Origin: a virus
Lineage: Duplodnaviria > Heunggongvirae > Uroviricota > Caudoviricetes
Length of the DNA: 64,000 nucleotides
IMG/VR virus record: IMGVR_UViG_2657245091_000008
Reading direction: 5' to 3' (one strand)
Part shown: piece after piece, positions 35,893-45,094 of the stretch
Position numbering within the stretch: the stretch's first letter is position 1
Layout of the letters: every line of letters begins with the position of its first letter
Notes under the pieces: model-generated
The model's database searches: none
Told to the model about the DNA's origin: nothing
The model's input: only the letters and a program-made list of their open reading frames with translations
Made by a program: the position numbers and the translations under genes

Positions 35893-37256
35893 TAATCATC
35901 CTCCGGCGGTTCTATCGCGATATCATCATCTCCGGCGTCATACCCTGCATCAGATGCATCATAATCACCGTAAATTTCAGCCGTTGCCGAAGGGTCAATA
36001 TCCAGCTCTTCGTCGTTGGCCTCGAATTCTCCAGCTTTACGCTCGCCATTGCGGTCGTAATCTCCGCACCCCAATTCTTCAACAATGGTTGCCACATCCG
36101 CCCGGCGCTCTGCCAGCCATTGCGGATGGTTAGCCTGAAGCGTTGCAAACTCCCTTGCCTCTTTGTCCAGCTGTTCATCATCAACATCATTGACGTCAGA
36201 AACAGGTGGTTCGAGAAGAGTGATAGCTTTCGCCGCGCGCGCCGCGAGGATAGCCGGGACGCTGACCCCCTGGCGCTCGATGTATTCAGCAACACCGATA
36301 TCATCCAGTTCCTCGCGCTCACGCATACGTATAGCGGCGGCGATAACTCTGGCAGCGCGTGCGTCAGCGCCAATGCGATATTCAATCTCTTTGCCACGCT
36401 GTTCGGCCTGTAGGCGTGCTAATTCGAGTTTTTCTCTGGCCTCAGCCTCTTTGAATGCTTGCTGGCGAGCGCTCTGACGAAGCTTTTCATCCCCCTGTCG
36501 CAGCTTTTGTTCGGACTGATATATAGCTGCCAACCTACTGATAAAATCATTCATGTAGTAGGCCGCGTCACTGATTAGACCGAGAAGGCGCTGCCCAGGG
36601 TGCATTCCTTCTGGCTCTTTATCGCCCAAGGCGTCTATTTCCGCCTGTAGACGTTCGGCCTCCTGATCAACAATGCTTTGATACTGAAGTGCGCGCTCTT
36701 GCGCCATTTGAATTGCTAACCGCAGGTGTTCTTCTGCGCCGTTCTTCATCATATCGCGAGCCACATTCGTAGTGGGCAATGTGGCACGCTGCACAGCACC
36801 GCCAGGGATCATTGCTGAAGATCCCTCAATTTTTGGGGCGCTTTTATCTTCTTCGGGGATCATTTTCGCCATTTTTTCGCGCAATGATCTCCTGACAGAT
36901 TCTTTTATCTCATTGTTATTATTGGTATTACTTTCATGATCCGAAGTTTTCTTTCTTGGCATACTTCGGAAAGAACCTGCACCCTGCGAATTGTCAATTT
37001 CTGTAAATTTTGTTTTTTCTGCACCCTCTTCCAGCTTTTTTGTTGCTCTTCCCGCCCGTTTTTTTTCAGGTGATTTGGTGCTTTTTTTTGTTGTCTTTAC
37101 CTGCGACCGCACCTCATTTTTTTTCATATTGAGATGCTTTCTGGCTGTATTGAAGCTAAGACCATGCTCCTCACAGTATTCCTTTACAGTGATCCCTTTT
37201 TCTTCACGCAACGCTATAAAGCGGGCGCGGTGCTCCTCCCAATTAACCAGACTCAT
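35892..37256 (-). CDS. pacA: Terminase small/pac-recognition subunit (PacA-like)
   Basis: 454 aa; N-terminal HTH-like region, highly acidic C-terminus; GATC-rich pac-like cluster inside 5' part; ATGA coupling with lpa-like gene upstream. Confidence 0.7.
   Translation of the reverse strand: MSLVNWEEHRARFIALREEKGITVKEYCEEHGLSFNTARKHLNMKKNEVRSQVKTTKKSTKSPEKKRAGRATKKLEEGAEKTKFTEIDNSQGAGSFRSMPRKKTSDHESNTNNNNEIKESVRRSLREKMAKMIPEEDKSAPKIEGSSAMIPGGAVQRATLPTTNVARDMMKNGAEEHLRLAIQMAQERALQYQSIVDQEAERLQAEIDALGDKEPEGMHPGQRLLGLISDAAYYMNDFISRLAAIYQSEQKLRQGDEKLRQSARQQAFKEAEAREKLELARLQAEQRGKEIEYRIGADARAARVIAAAIRMREREELDDIGVAEYIERQGVSVPAILAARAAKAITLLEPPVSDVNDVDDEQLDKEAREFATLQANHPQWLAERRADVATIVEELGCGDYDRNGERKAGEFEANDEELDIDPSATAEIYGDYDASDAGYDAGDDDIAIEPPEDD
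36800..36945. other. pac-like packaging site candidate (cluster of GATC-containing hexamers)
   Basis: Five GATC within about 140 bp (36807, 36820, 36858, 36886, 36938), four in TGATC(C/T) hexamers, inside the 5' region of pacA as in P1. Confidence 0.4.
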
Positions 37257-37645
37257 AAAGCAACACCACGCTTTTTAACGGCGGCATTCCACAGCTTATT
37301 CGCCATGTCCACCAGCTCTCGTTGCTCTTTTCGCGCCTGTTCGACTGATTTCCTGCTACAGTTTTTAACCAGTAAGCTACCGTATTCAGGCGTGCGCCCG
37401 CGCACCTTGAACTGATATCCGTTCAGACCATGTAGCCAGTATTTTCGTGGATACACACGATCATCCAGCTCACAGATTGCCCTGCTTGAACGAACAAAAT
37501 GACGAATGATGTTAGTTACACTTACTCGTGAAACATGGAGATGAGGGTATTTTTCTTTGGCGAGAGTGGTAATTTCAGTGACTGTCAGATAGCAGTCAGC
37601 CCTGATCATGATATCCGCAATTTCTGCGCTGCTGATTTGTTCCAT
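37253..37645 (-). CDS. Lpa-like late promoter activator (by position upstream of pacA)
   Basis: 130-aa ORF immediately upstream of and overlapping pacA; operator-like motif upstream; assignment by synteny only. Confidence 0.45.
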   Translation of the reverse strand: MEQISSAEIADIMIRADCYLTVTEITTLAKEKYPHLHVSRVSVTNIIRHFVRSSRAICELDDRVYPRKYWLHGLNGYQFKVRGRTPEYGSLLVKNCSRKSVEQARKEQRELVDMANKLWNAAVKKRGVAL

Positions 37646-37718
37646 TAATCCCCCGGGCAGGAAATGACCGAGGGGATGATAATGAGAATGTTAAAACTGT
37701 ATAGACTGGTAAAAAGAT

Positions 37719-37740
37719 GATTGTATTAGAAAATTAATAT
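37719..37740. promoter_or_regulatory. Operator-like motif upstream of lpa-like gene
   Basis: GATTGTATTAGAAAATTAATAT. Confidence 0.45.
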
Positions 37741-37753
37741 TAAACACCTAATG

Positions 37754-38146
37754 CTACCAGCGAGACAAACGAACAACATGTTTCACTTTTGCGATCCACT
37801 TTCCGCGATAACTATTGATTACGGCCTGTGCCAGCTTCAAATTGGCTTCAAAATCAGCCTTACTACCATCAGACTCCACCAGCATTCCTCCATCTATTTC
37901 TGGTAAACATAGATAATCCTGCTCAACCTGCAGCGGCATTGATGGCTCTCTGAATGGCGTTACTTGCTCTGCTTTCCAGCGAAATCTAACCCTCATCCCC
38001 CTGGTGGTCATTACTAGATAGCCTGTTATAGTGCTTTTATGGCCCACATCAGTACGCGTGGCATTGCATGACACGATCTTACAGTTAGCGATAGACCACT
38101 CCATATTGGTGGCCTGTTGAGTGCTTAATTTGGTAGTCCCGTACAT
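37754..38146 (-). CDS. Hypothetical protein
   Basis: 130-aa ORF, ATGA overlap with upstream gene. Confidence 0.45.
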   Translation of the reverse strand: MYGTTKLSTQQATNMEWSIANCKIVSCNATRTDVGHKSTITGYLVMTTRGMRVRFRWKAEQVTPFREPSMPLQVEQDYLCLPEIDGGMLVESDGSKADFEANLKLAQAVINSYRGKWIAKVKHVVRLSRW

Positions 38147-38721
38147 CAGAAAGCCTCCCAGTCAGTCGCGATAATATCCACACCAGTTGCAAACCAGTCT
38201 GTCTGCGCCTGTAAATCCCCATTCATCATTACCAGGCGAGGCATCACCATCACATCGCACCCTTCCACAATATCGAATGCCTCTTCCGGCAAGAATTCGA
38301 AGAGCTTTTCTTTGCTGCCAATGCTGCCACGGAACATCGATATATAGCTCCCTTTAGGCCATGATGTCCGCCGGGCATCAAGCCCTTTCATCATCCAGTA
38401 AAAAGCCGAGGAAAAAGGGATATTCTTTTTGCCAATGATTACATTATTCGCTTCTGTGTACTTCAGGAACTTAACTAACCTTACCATTGACTCGGATAAC
38501 GCAACGTATGGCTCATGATTGATTGCTGACACGCTTACACCGTGCAATCCAACGCTTACCACTGTCATATCGCCGCTCTGTGCGGTTTCGATATTGACGC
38601 CTTTGCGAACTAATGAGGCGTAAAGTTCCTCTCGCTTTTGGGTCCAGCGTTCCCGCTTCCCTATGAAGTCACTCAAAATGAGATCTTCTTCTGCATATGC
38701 GTTATCGTTCGCCATTAACAT
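38146..38721 (-). CDS. Hypothetical protein with C-terminal DUF2829 (Tad2-like) domain
   Basis: C-terminus FYWMMKGLDARRTSWPKGSYISM...MPRLVMMNGDLQAQTDWFATGVDIIATDWEAF fits the DUF2829 pattern. Confidence 0.45.
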   Translation of the reverse strand: MLMANDNAYAEEDLILSDFIGKRERWTQKREELYASLVRKGVNIETAQSGDMTVVSVGLHGVSVSAINHEPYVALSESMVRLVKFLKYTEANNVIIGKKNIPFSSAFYWMMKGLDARRTSWPKGSYISMFRGSIGSKEKLFEFLPEEAFDIVEGCDVMVMPRLVMMNGDLQAQTDWFATGVDIIATDWEAF

Positions 38722-39175
38722 AACGTCTCCTTTTTTACGCGCGCGACTATCCCCCGGAAGTACCGGTAGTGATGTCGTAACTTCGTATTAATTAAGGGGT
38801 ACAGCCTGAGCGGCTATATGATGAATTGAAAGGAGTTGTGGCGGTGGTGCCTCCACCTGCCAGGTTAGCCACTCCTGGCGACGTCACTTATCAGAACGTA
38901 GTGAATGAAAATGGCTTCGTCACGAGCGCATAGCCGCAATTACCACAACGGAAACGGCGCTCGCATTAATTAAACGCCTTTTCCTGTTGTGCGCCGTACT
39001 CTTCCGGCTGTCACACCGAATCGCCAGGATGGTGAGTCCCTGAGTCCGCTATCCCTCCAGCGGTGACTTGCACATTCCGGCTACCTGATGTGCCCATGCA
39101 GTGTTAGTAAGGTACCTAACAGCTACACCAGACCGCTAACGACGCATGTGCCATACGTCGTGTTACAACCAAATA

Positions 39176-39251
39176 TGGTGGCCCCTACCGGATTTGAACC
39201 GGTGACCGTGCGATTATGAGTCGCCTGCTCTAACCACTGAGCTAAAGGGCC
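39176..39251 (-). tRNA. tRNA-Ile2 (anticodon CAU, ileX-like; elongator Met not excluded)
   Basis: GGCCCTTTAGCTCAGTGGTTAGAGCAGGCGACTCATAATCGCACGGTCACCGGTTCAAATCCGGTAGGGGCCACCA; canonical cloverleaf, near-identical anticodon arm to E. coli ileX. Confidence 0.8.
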
Positions 39252-39388
39252 AGATTACTGTTAATTCCGCTTACGCTTTTTGCCAGAACCGCGTAAGGCT
39301 TTTGCCGCTTGCTCGACCCCATATGCAACCACCAGCAAAAATAAAAATGTCCAACCAGGGTTCTTATCGGCAAACGCCCAAAAATTCA

Positions 39389-39712
39389 TCACTTACAGCC
39401 ACCTTGCATTTCCTCGGATAATTCATTGATTTTAGTGCTCAATAAGTAATCAAAGTAAAGATAAAACACAAAAGTAACGATAGTGCTTAAAGTGTCTGAA
39501 ATTGCGTATTTCAGCTCAGGAAGCATGACAAAGCAGACAAATAGCGGAAGAAATAACTGCACTATGCACAGGCTCTCCTTCCACAACCATCTATATCTGA
39601 AGTCTGACAACAAAAACTCCATTGCTTGAAACTTTATTAGATTGCGGTGCCTGGTGCCTCCAGGTGACGTTAACCAGTTAACAATTAACGCCGGGATGTT
39701 TGACTTAACCAC
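39389..39712 (-). CDS. Hypothetical small membrane protein
   Basis: 107-aa AT-rich ORF between tRNA genes, hydrophobic. Confidence 0.3.
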   Translation of the reverse strand: MVKSNIPALIVNWLTSPGGTRHRNLIKFQAMEFLLSDFRYRWLWKESLCIVQLFLPLFVCFVMLPELKYAISDTLSTIVTFVFYLYFDYLLSTKINELSEEMQGGCK

Positions 39713-39872
39713 TAAGGAGGATTGTTTTAACTGTTCCGCGTGCGCTTAGCCGCATTCACCGCAATGGTAAGAGCACTTGGCTGGCTGGGCGGCGATGACG
39801 CCTGTACGCATTTGGTGATCCGGTTCTGCTTCCGGCATTCGCTTAATTAGCCAAATACTCTTAACGTTGCGC

Positions 39873-39959
39873 TGGCGGAGAGTAATGGAATCGAACCATC
39901 ATCGCTTGCGCAATGGGACGGTTTTCAAGACCGCTTGAGCACCATGCTCCCTACTCTCC
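39873..39959 (-). tRNA. tRNA-Ser-like (anticodon UGA), type II with atypical D-arm
   Basis: Acceptor GGAGAGT/ACTCTCC+GCCA, anticodon arm CGGTCTTGAAAACCG as in E. coli tRNA-Ser(UGA), long variable arm, T-loop GGTTCGATTCC; D-arm non-canonical. Confidence 0.55.
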
Positions 39960-40323
39960 CGTTATTGTGGCGACCGGTGCTGATCTCCGGCTTGCGGTTA
40001 TTTCAGACTCTCACGGGCGTTTAATTGCCCCGCCGAACAGCTCTTTTCCGCAATAGCTGCAATGTCTTTCGCGCATCAGCCTGCGCATTCACCACAATGT
40101 TGAGAACACTGGTTGTCACGCTGCAACGCAACATTTATTCGTAGATTGGGATATGACCCCGTTACGCCAGTGTTCTCAACGTTGTAGTGCCGGTTACGGT
40201 TCCGGCCAGGCCTCTTCCTCAACGGGGTGTTCTCCATACGGACTACCGTTTATTGGTCGTTCCTGCGGTTTATGTTGTGAAGCCAGATGCTTATCTTCTG
40301 GTTGCTTCAAAGAGCTGCACTTC

Positions 40324-40412
40324 CTCACAACGGTAAGGGTACTTCGTAGGGATTCGAACCCTCTGCCAAGCTCGGCGATCTCCGACGTCGCAAAATACCC
40401 TTACCTGTTGTG
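40324..40412 (-). pseudogene. tRNA-like remnant (acceptor, D-arm and T-arm but no anticodon arm)
   Basis: T-loop signature AGGGTTCGAATCCCT and pairing acceptor-like stem, only about 65 nt core, enclosed by a 16-bp extended stem. Confidence 0.3.
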
Positions 40413-40413
40413 C

Positions 40414-40489
40414 TGGTGCCGATTAACGGACTCGAACCGCTGACCATTCGCTTACAAAGCGACTGCTCTACCAACTGAGCTAAATCGGC
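40414..40489 (-). tRNA. tRNA-Thr (anticodon UGU)
   Basis: GCCGATTTAGCTCAGTTGGTAGAGCAGTCGCTTTGTAAGCGAATGGTCAGCGGTTCGAGTCCGTTAATCGGCACCA; canonical cloverleaf. Confidence 0.8.
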
Positions 40490-40493
40490 AATT

Positions 40494-40580
40494 TGGTGGG
40501 GAGTGATGGAGTCGAACCACCCGAGTCGCAATGACAGTAGATTTACAGTCTACCCCGCTACCCCTACGGACTAACTCCCC
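40494..40580 (-). tRNA. tRNA-Tyr-like (anticodon GUA), type II with atypical D-arm
   Basis: Acceptor GGGGAGT/ACTCCCC+ACCA, anticodon arm GTAGACTGTAAATCTAC, long variable arm, T-loop GGTTCGACTCC. Confidence 0.55.
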
Positions 40581-40585
40581 TAAAG

Positions 40586-40662
40586 TGGCGATGGTGGGTG
40601 GATTCGAACCACCGACCGACAGCTTAGAAGGCTGCTGCTCTATCCTACTGAGCTACACCATC
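40586..40662 (-). tRNA. tRNA-Arg (anticodon UCU)
   Basis: GATGGTGTAGCTCAGTAGGATAGAGCAGCAGCCTTCTAAGCTGTCGGTCGGTGGTTCGAATCCACCCACCATCGCCA; perfect acceptor, D and T stems. Confidence 0.8.
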
Positions 40663-41883
40663 ACTTGCCGGGTACGTCTCCGGCGAGGGCTTCCACCTCC
40701 GTATGCTTTTCGGCGCACCGCGCCCTGGCTGCAATTCGGTAACAGGGGATGCATAACCCTGGCTTCCAGCGTGATTAGCGCCTTCAGCATGACGGGATAT
40801 ACCCGTTACAAGAAATTCCCCCAGGATGCCATTAAGCAATGGCTGTTACGCGGGAGGGACGTAACAGGTAAGGGCGCTGACCAGAAAGACCTGACCCTTC
40901 TCATTCATCTGGTTAATCACACCAGCGCCCTTGCCTGTTATGCCTCCCCGTTCCCTAATACACAGACGGGGACACTCTGCGGTCGATTTTTTGACGGGGG
41001 ACGACTCATACCCCGTGGCGTCTGGCTTCTTAGGCCGCTACCATCATCAGATCATCGTTTGCATTTACTTTAATGGTCGGTTTCTAAACCGCCGCAAAGT
41101 CGCTAACCATGACGAAAACCCTAAAAAAGCCCACCCGAAGATGGGCAAATACGCTACATCTCACACAAGAAAGAAGCCGACTGCCTGAGCTGGATTCACT
41201 TTCAAATGCCCGCAGAAAGGGATCACAAGTCGGCTTCTTTCTTGATGCGGCACTCTCTCCGCCCGTCACCGCTCTGTCTCGGTTGTCGCGTTTGCCACGC
41301 CAGCCGTAACGAGGTTTAAAGTCTTTGCACGTTTCCATCACTCGACTGCCGTCTGTGGCTGTTCGTTGCAGCGGGGGTGCCTCCCCCTGGGGATATCCCC
41401 GGCCTTACCCCATTCTTTCAAGACACAATGCAAGGCCACATCCGCATAGGTGCATTACCGCAACATTAAGGAGACTCAGGGCAAAAGGTAACCGCCACAA
41501 AAATCCCTATGCCTCCTTAATGTTGAAGATGTGCATTGATGATTAGATGCAGCATGTACTGTTACTCTCTGCCGGACCATCATCAATGAACACCTTAAAA
41601 AGACCTTCCGTGGCTCAACATGTATTGTCGTTTACTCCGCAAAGTGCTCTCTCTGAAACCACTTTCCGCACTAAACCTGTTGAACTTTGGTCAGCTCGGT
41701 GCCAAAGCGTGCTTTTGCTTTACTATACTTTTCTAACACTTTAATTTGTTAACAGCCGGTGGGCAAACAATAACCAATAAGTGACTATCAAGCCCAGCAA
41801 GCGAAACGTGGGTGCCGCCCACCAGCAAGGAAAATTCTATGTTAAGTTATCATCACAATCAATACATTCGAATTGTGATTTTA

Positions 41884-41900
41884 GATTTCTAACACATTAC
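41884..41900. promoter_or_regulatory. Operator-like motif copy
   Basis: GATTTCTAACACATTAC. Confidence 0.3.
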
Positions 41901-43120
41901 TTCCCGTAAAGATCTTCTACGCCCCCATTCTTCTTATCCCATTCGTTCGCCCATACCCGGCAAGCGTCAATGATTTCCTGACGACGATCTCCTTGCATGA
42001 ACGGGATGCTTTCATGGAAACAGCTTGGAATGCAGGCCACACTGAATACGGTATCAAACTCCGTCTGCTTGATTGCCTCCAGCGTCTCTGGACGCATTTT
42101 TAATTCATCGATTGGCGCATCCTTAGAGTCCATAATCCGGCGATATAAGCGCGGAAAATCCGTCTCCAGGTACGCCATAATTTTATCTGCGAGACATTCG
42201 TCTATGTCGGTATTCCAGTCCTTTTCGAAGCCCGGCAGGCGATAGTAAAGCGGCGTTCCCCATACCGATGGGATCACATCCATCGTTAACAGGCGATTGG
42301 TTCTGATTTGTTGATGGTAATTAGCCGTCAGCAGTGCTTCGCCACGCTGCCCAGTTTCCGCAACCAGGCCGTGCGGATACTCATGGATGTAGGCAATGGC
42401 ATCCCTTCCATCATACATAAGTGGAAATGTCTCTGGTCTTTGTCCCATGCCACAAGCACGGTTCAGATCGTGACCAAGCTGTGAGCACTCTCGCTTTAAT
42501 GTTTCGATAATGCTCTGCGCTGTAGCCAACTTTTTACGCAGTGTGACGCCTTCGCCTTGATAATCAATGCATTGCTGATTGAGCTTGGTTAAACGCTCTT
42601 TTAGTTCCCGGCGCTCTCTTTTCAGCGTGCGGTTATCCTTCTCCGCAACATCCAGCCGCTTTGTCAGGCTGGGCGGATAGTCTTTTTTGTAACGGTTCAA
42701 ATCGGCTTCGGCAGATTTACGCAGTGTATTTGCCTGTTCAAGACGCGCTTCCAGATTGCCGATCTCATTACGCATATTCGCGGCAAATTGATTAACTGCA
42801 TCACCCAGGCTTTCAACTGTCGCTGATACGCCTGTGACTTGTGAAAAACGGATCAAGCCATCATTAACGGCTTGTTGGTATTCCTCAAACTGATCCACCA
42901 GCTTATTGTAATCAACTGCCCCATCATCAAGCAGCTTGTTGATTTCCGCCACCAGGTTATCTGTAGTGGCAATGACACTCTCGTGCAGTCGCTTTGACAG
43001 GTCATCACCCGGATTCCGTTTCTGTATAAGAGCGATTTGTGTGCGCAGCGTTTCAATTGCTGTCGAGATAATTTCCAGATTAGAAGTATCAGTGTGTTGA
43101 CTCATTGCTGTTCCCGTCAC
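41897..43120 (-). CDS. Hypothetical protein (N-terminal coiled coil)
   Basis: 407-aa ORF; operator-like motif just upstream. Confidence 0.55.
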   Translation of the reverse strand: MTGTAMSQHTDTSNLEIISTAIETLRTQIALIQKRNPGDDLSKRLHESVIATTDNLVAEINKLLDDGAVDYNKLVDQFEEYQQAVNDGLIRFSQVTGVSATVESLGDAVNQFAANMRNEIGNLEARLEQANTLRKSAEADLNRYKKDYPPSLTKRLDVAEKDNRTLKRERRELKERLTKLNQQCIDYQGEGVTLRKKLATAQSIIETLKRECSQLGHDLNRACGMGQRPETFPLMYDGRDAIAYIHEYPHGLVAETGQRGEALLTANYHQQIRTNRLLTMDVIPSVWGTPLYYRLPGFEKDWNTDIDECLADKIMAYLETDFPRLYRRIMDSKDAPIDELKMRPETLEAIKQTEFDTVFSVACIPSCFHESIPFMQGDRRQEIIDACRVWANEWDKKNGGVEDLYGK

Positions 43121-43126
43121 CTTGTT

Positions 43127-43153
43127 AAATTAGTTTTCTAACATATTTTATTA
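43127..43153. promoter_or_regulatory. Operator-like motif upstream of 41897-43120 gene
   Basis: AAATTAGTTTTCTAACATATTTTATTA. Confidence 0.45.
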
Positions 43154-43218
43154 GTTTGATGGCGGTATCGGAAGATGCAATAAACAAAAAACCCGCTAAT
43201 TGGCGGGTTTTTATGCAA

Positions 43219-43533
43219 TTACTGTGTTGCAGCCTGATAAATAAGATACGCGATAAATACAGGTACGATGGCCCATTGCAGCAATGAAAGTAGCCTCATT
43301 ACTGTTATTGGGGTAACTCCATCCACGTATTGTTTCTCTGACATTTTCCCGAACCAACTAACCGACAACAGTGCCGAGTTTTCCCCCAATTCCAGCTCTC
43401 TGAGAGCTTCACGGATTAACGGCGCTGTCACAGCCTTAACCGGTGTGCTCAACGTGATACTCCGCGTCCTCCCCGCATCGTCAGCGAACGCCAGACTCAC
43501 ATAATATTTTTTGCTCAATGTACAAACTCCCAA
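43219..43533 (-). CDS. Hypothetical small protein with C-terminal TM helix
   Basis: 104-aa ORF. Confidence 0.4.
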   Translation of the reverse strand: MGVCTLSKKYYVSLAFADDAGRTRSITLSTPVKAVTAPLIREALRELELGENSALLSVSWFGKMSEKQYVDGVTPITVMRLLSLLQWAIVPVFIAYLIYQAATQ

Positions 43534-43715
43534 TCATCAGCGCTTGCACTTTCCGGGGTTATGTGAACCTTATCGCCAGTAACAATATTGCGAGCTTCAA
43601 AACTTCCATTGATACGTTTCGAGATCTCAATACATAGAGCCTGCTGCCATGAGCGACGACGAGCGATAGCATTAGTTCCTGCAGGGATAAGTTCTGCCAC
43701 GTTAAGTAAACGCAA
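43515..43715 (-). CDS. Small DUF2829-like protein (stand-alone Tad2-like candidate)
   Basis: 66 aa; NAIARRRSWQ...ESASADDWEFVH fits the DUF2829 pattern (basic-W motif and terminal DWE). Confidence 0.35.
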   Translation of the reverse strand: MRLLNVAELIPAGTNAIARRRSWQQALCIEISKRINGSFEARNIVTGDKVHITPESASADDWEFVH

Positions 43716-43729
43716 AACGATTTCTCCGT

Positions 43730-44224
43730 TTAATCAAGACAAACATACTCCGTGATAGCTTTTATGGCTTCAGCGGCACTGCGCGCCTCAAAGCAGTAGT
43801 AACCGGCTTCAGTGAGGCGAGTCATCCAGACGAGTTGTTCGGGAGTCAGGCGATTTCTCCCATGTTTCATCTCAATGCGCATTCCGTGGTATCCCCCACA
43901 AGCAAGGTCTATAGAAAGATCGGGATATCCCTTCTTTTGGCCCTCTGCCACCATTTTTATTGCCGTCCTTATGCCTCGCAGGCCACCGTTTGGAGTGGCG
44001 TGAGTATGCTCATACACATAACGCATATTGCGATACAACCAGTCCAGGACGCGAACCTGCTCGTAATGCTCATGGTTCCTTTTGATTAGATCTGGGTTTT
44101 TCTCCAGTTCTCTAAGAGCTGCGGCATGTGGGGATGTTTCAGAATATTCACTGCGACGCCTTCTCTTTCGCGCTATTTTTCTAACACACCCATTGATAGT
44201 AAATGTGCGAAATAATAACAACAA
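43730..44224 (-). CDS. VRR-NUC domain nuclease-like protein
   Basis: EHYEQVRVLDWL...GYPDLSIDLACGGYHGMRIEMKHGRNRLTPEQLVWMTRL matches VRR-NUC; track start is TTG and overlaps an operator-like motif, true start probably further downstream. Confidence 0.6.
   Translation of the reverse strand: MLLLFRTFTINGCVRKIARKRRRRSEYSETSPHAAALRELEKNPDLIKRNHEHYEQVRVLDWLYRNMRYVYEHTHATPNGGLRGIRTAIKMVAEGQKKGYPDLSIDLACGGYHGMRIEMKHGRNRLTPEQLVWMTRLTEAGYYCFEARSAAEAIKAITEYVCLD
44174..44194. promoter_or_regulatory. Operator-like motif at 5' end of VRR-NUC gene
   Basis: TATTTTTCTAACACACCCATT. Confidence 0.4.
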
Positions 44225-44360
44225 CGTTAGATTTGTAAAACAAGAGAGATACTACTCAAGGATGGTCTATATGCAACAGGTCGGATTTGCTTTTAGAGTA
44301 AAGAGTGACCTTAATCAACAAGGAGGGTAAATCGCATGGCATTTACCCAACCTGTTATTT

Positions 44361-44621
44361 TTAAAGGGTTATTTTATCCTGTTCGGATAATTCTTTGATT
44401 GTCTTGTCGATTGCGATCAACCAACCTTCATAGGTTAAATCATCAACAAGTTCTACCAACTTATCATCGGTGTGAGGAAAGTATATCCAGCTCCAGTTCG
44501 CAGGGTTTTCTGCTTTTCGCAGCGTAAAAACCTTCTTGTATCGGTGGAACTCAAGGATATACCCCTTCGATATGGAATATTCCTTTAGGTCTTCGACCGT
44601 AAACCTACGATTCTTTCGCAT
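44361..44621 (-). CDS. Hypothetical protein
   Basis: 86-aa ORF. Confidence 0.45.
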   Translation of the reverse strand: MRKNRRFTVEDLKEYSISKGYILEFHRYKKVFTLRKAENPANWSWIYFPHTDDKLVELVDDLTYEGWLIAIDKTIKELSEQDKITL

Positions 44622-44623
44622 GG

Positions 44624-45058
44624 CTACCCCATGATTCGATATTTCTCTATAGACTCGTCGTAACTTGTGTACACGTATGGCTCTGTATCATCGGCATAAG
44701 GTGCGACTTCCAGAGCATGAACAGGATTGTATACCGCGTCATTTTCCAGGCGATCGCTCGAATACAGATGCCCAGCCAAAACCGTAAGCGCCGGGCGACT
44801 CATTTTGTAGATCTCTGCCACATCACTATCTACAACTTGTCCAAATGATATGTCGCCGCGCTCCAGCAATAACGTTTTAAGCGCAGGCCACCACGGCCCA
44901 TAAAGGTGATAAAGCTGTGGATCTCGTTTCAGCCTTTCCACCATGCCATTCAGATATGCATCCAGAAACGCCTCTTCACTCCTGCCATTGAGCGCCTGCG
45001 GCAAAATGTCCTCAAGGTAGGATTCCGTCGGTTTTACAGTGTCAATTAATGTCGTCAT
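44624..45058 (-). CDS. Hypothetical protein
   Basis: 144-aa ORF immediately downstream of darB. Confidence 0.5.
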   Translation of the reverse strand: MTTLIDTVKPTESYLEDILPQALNGRSEEAFLDAYLNGMVERLKRDPQLYHLYGPWWPALKTLLLERGDISFGQVVDSDVAEIYKMSRPALTVLAGHLYSSDRLENDAVYNPVHALEVAPYADDTEPYVYTSYDESIEKYRIMG

Positions 45059-45094
45059 TCAAATTCGGCCCCGGTTGGGGCCGCTCCTTATCTG

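Noticed and set aside
40153-41188. Track ORFs 40153-40443, 40325-40531, 40531-41073, 40645-40839 and 40931-41188 in the tRNA region
   Set aside because: They overlap the tRNA genes or tRNA-like remnant on either strand and lack RBS or coding signal; most likely non-coding.
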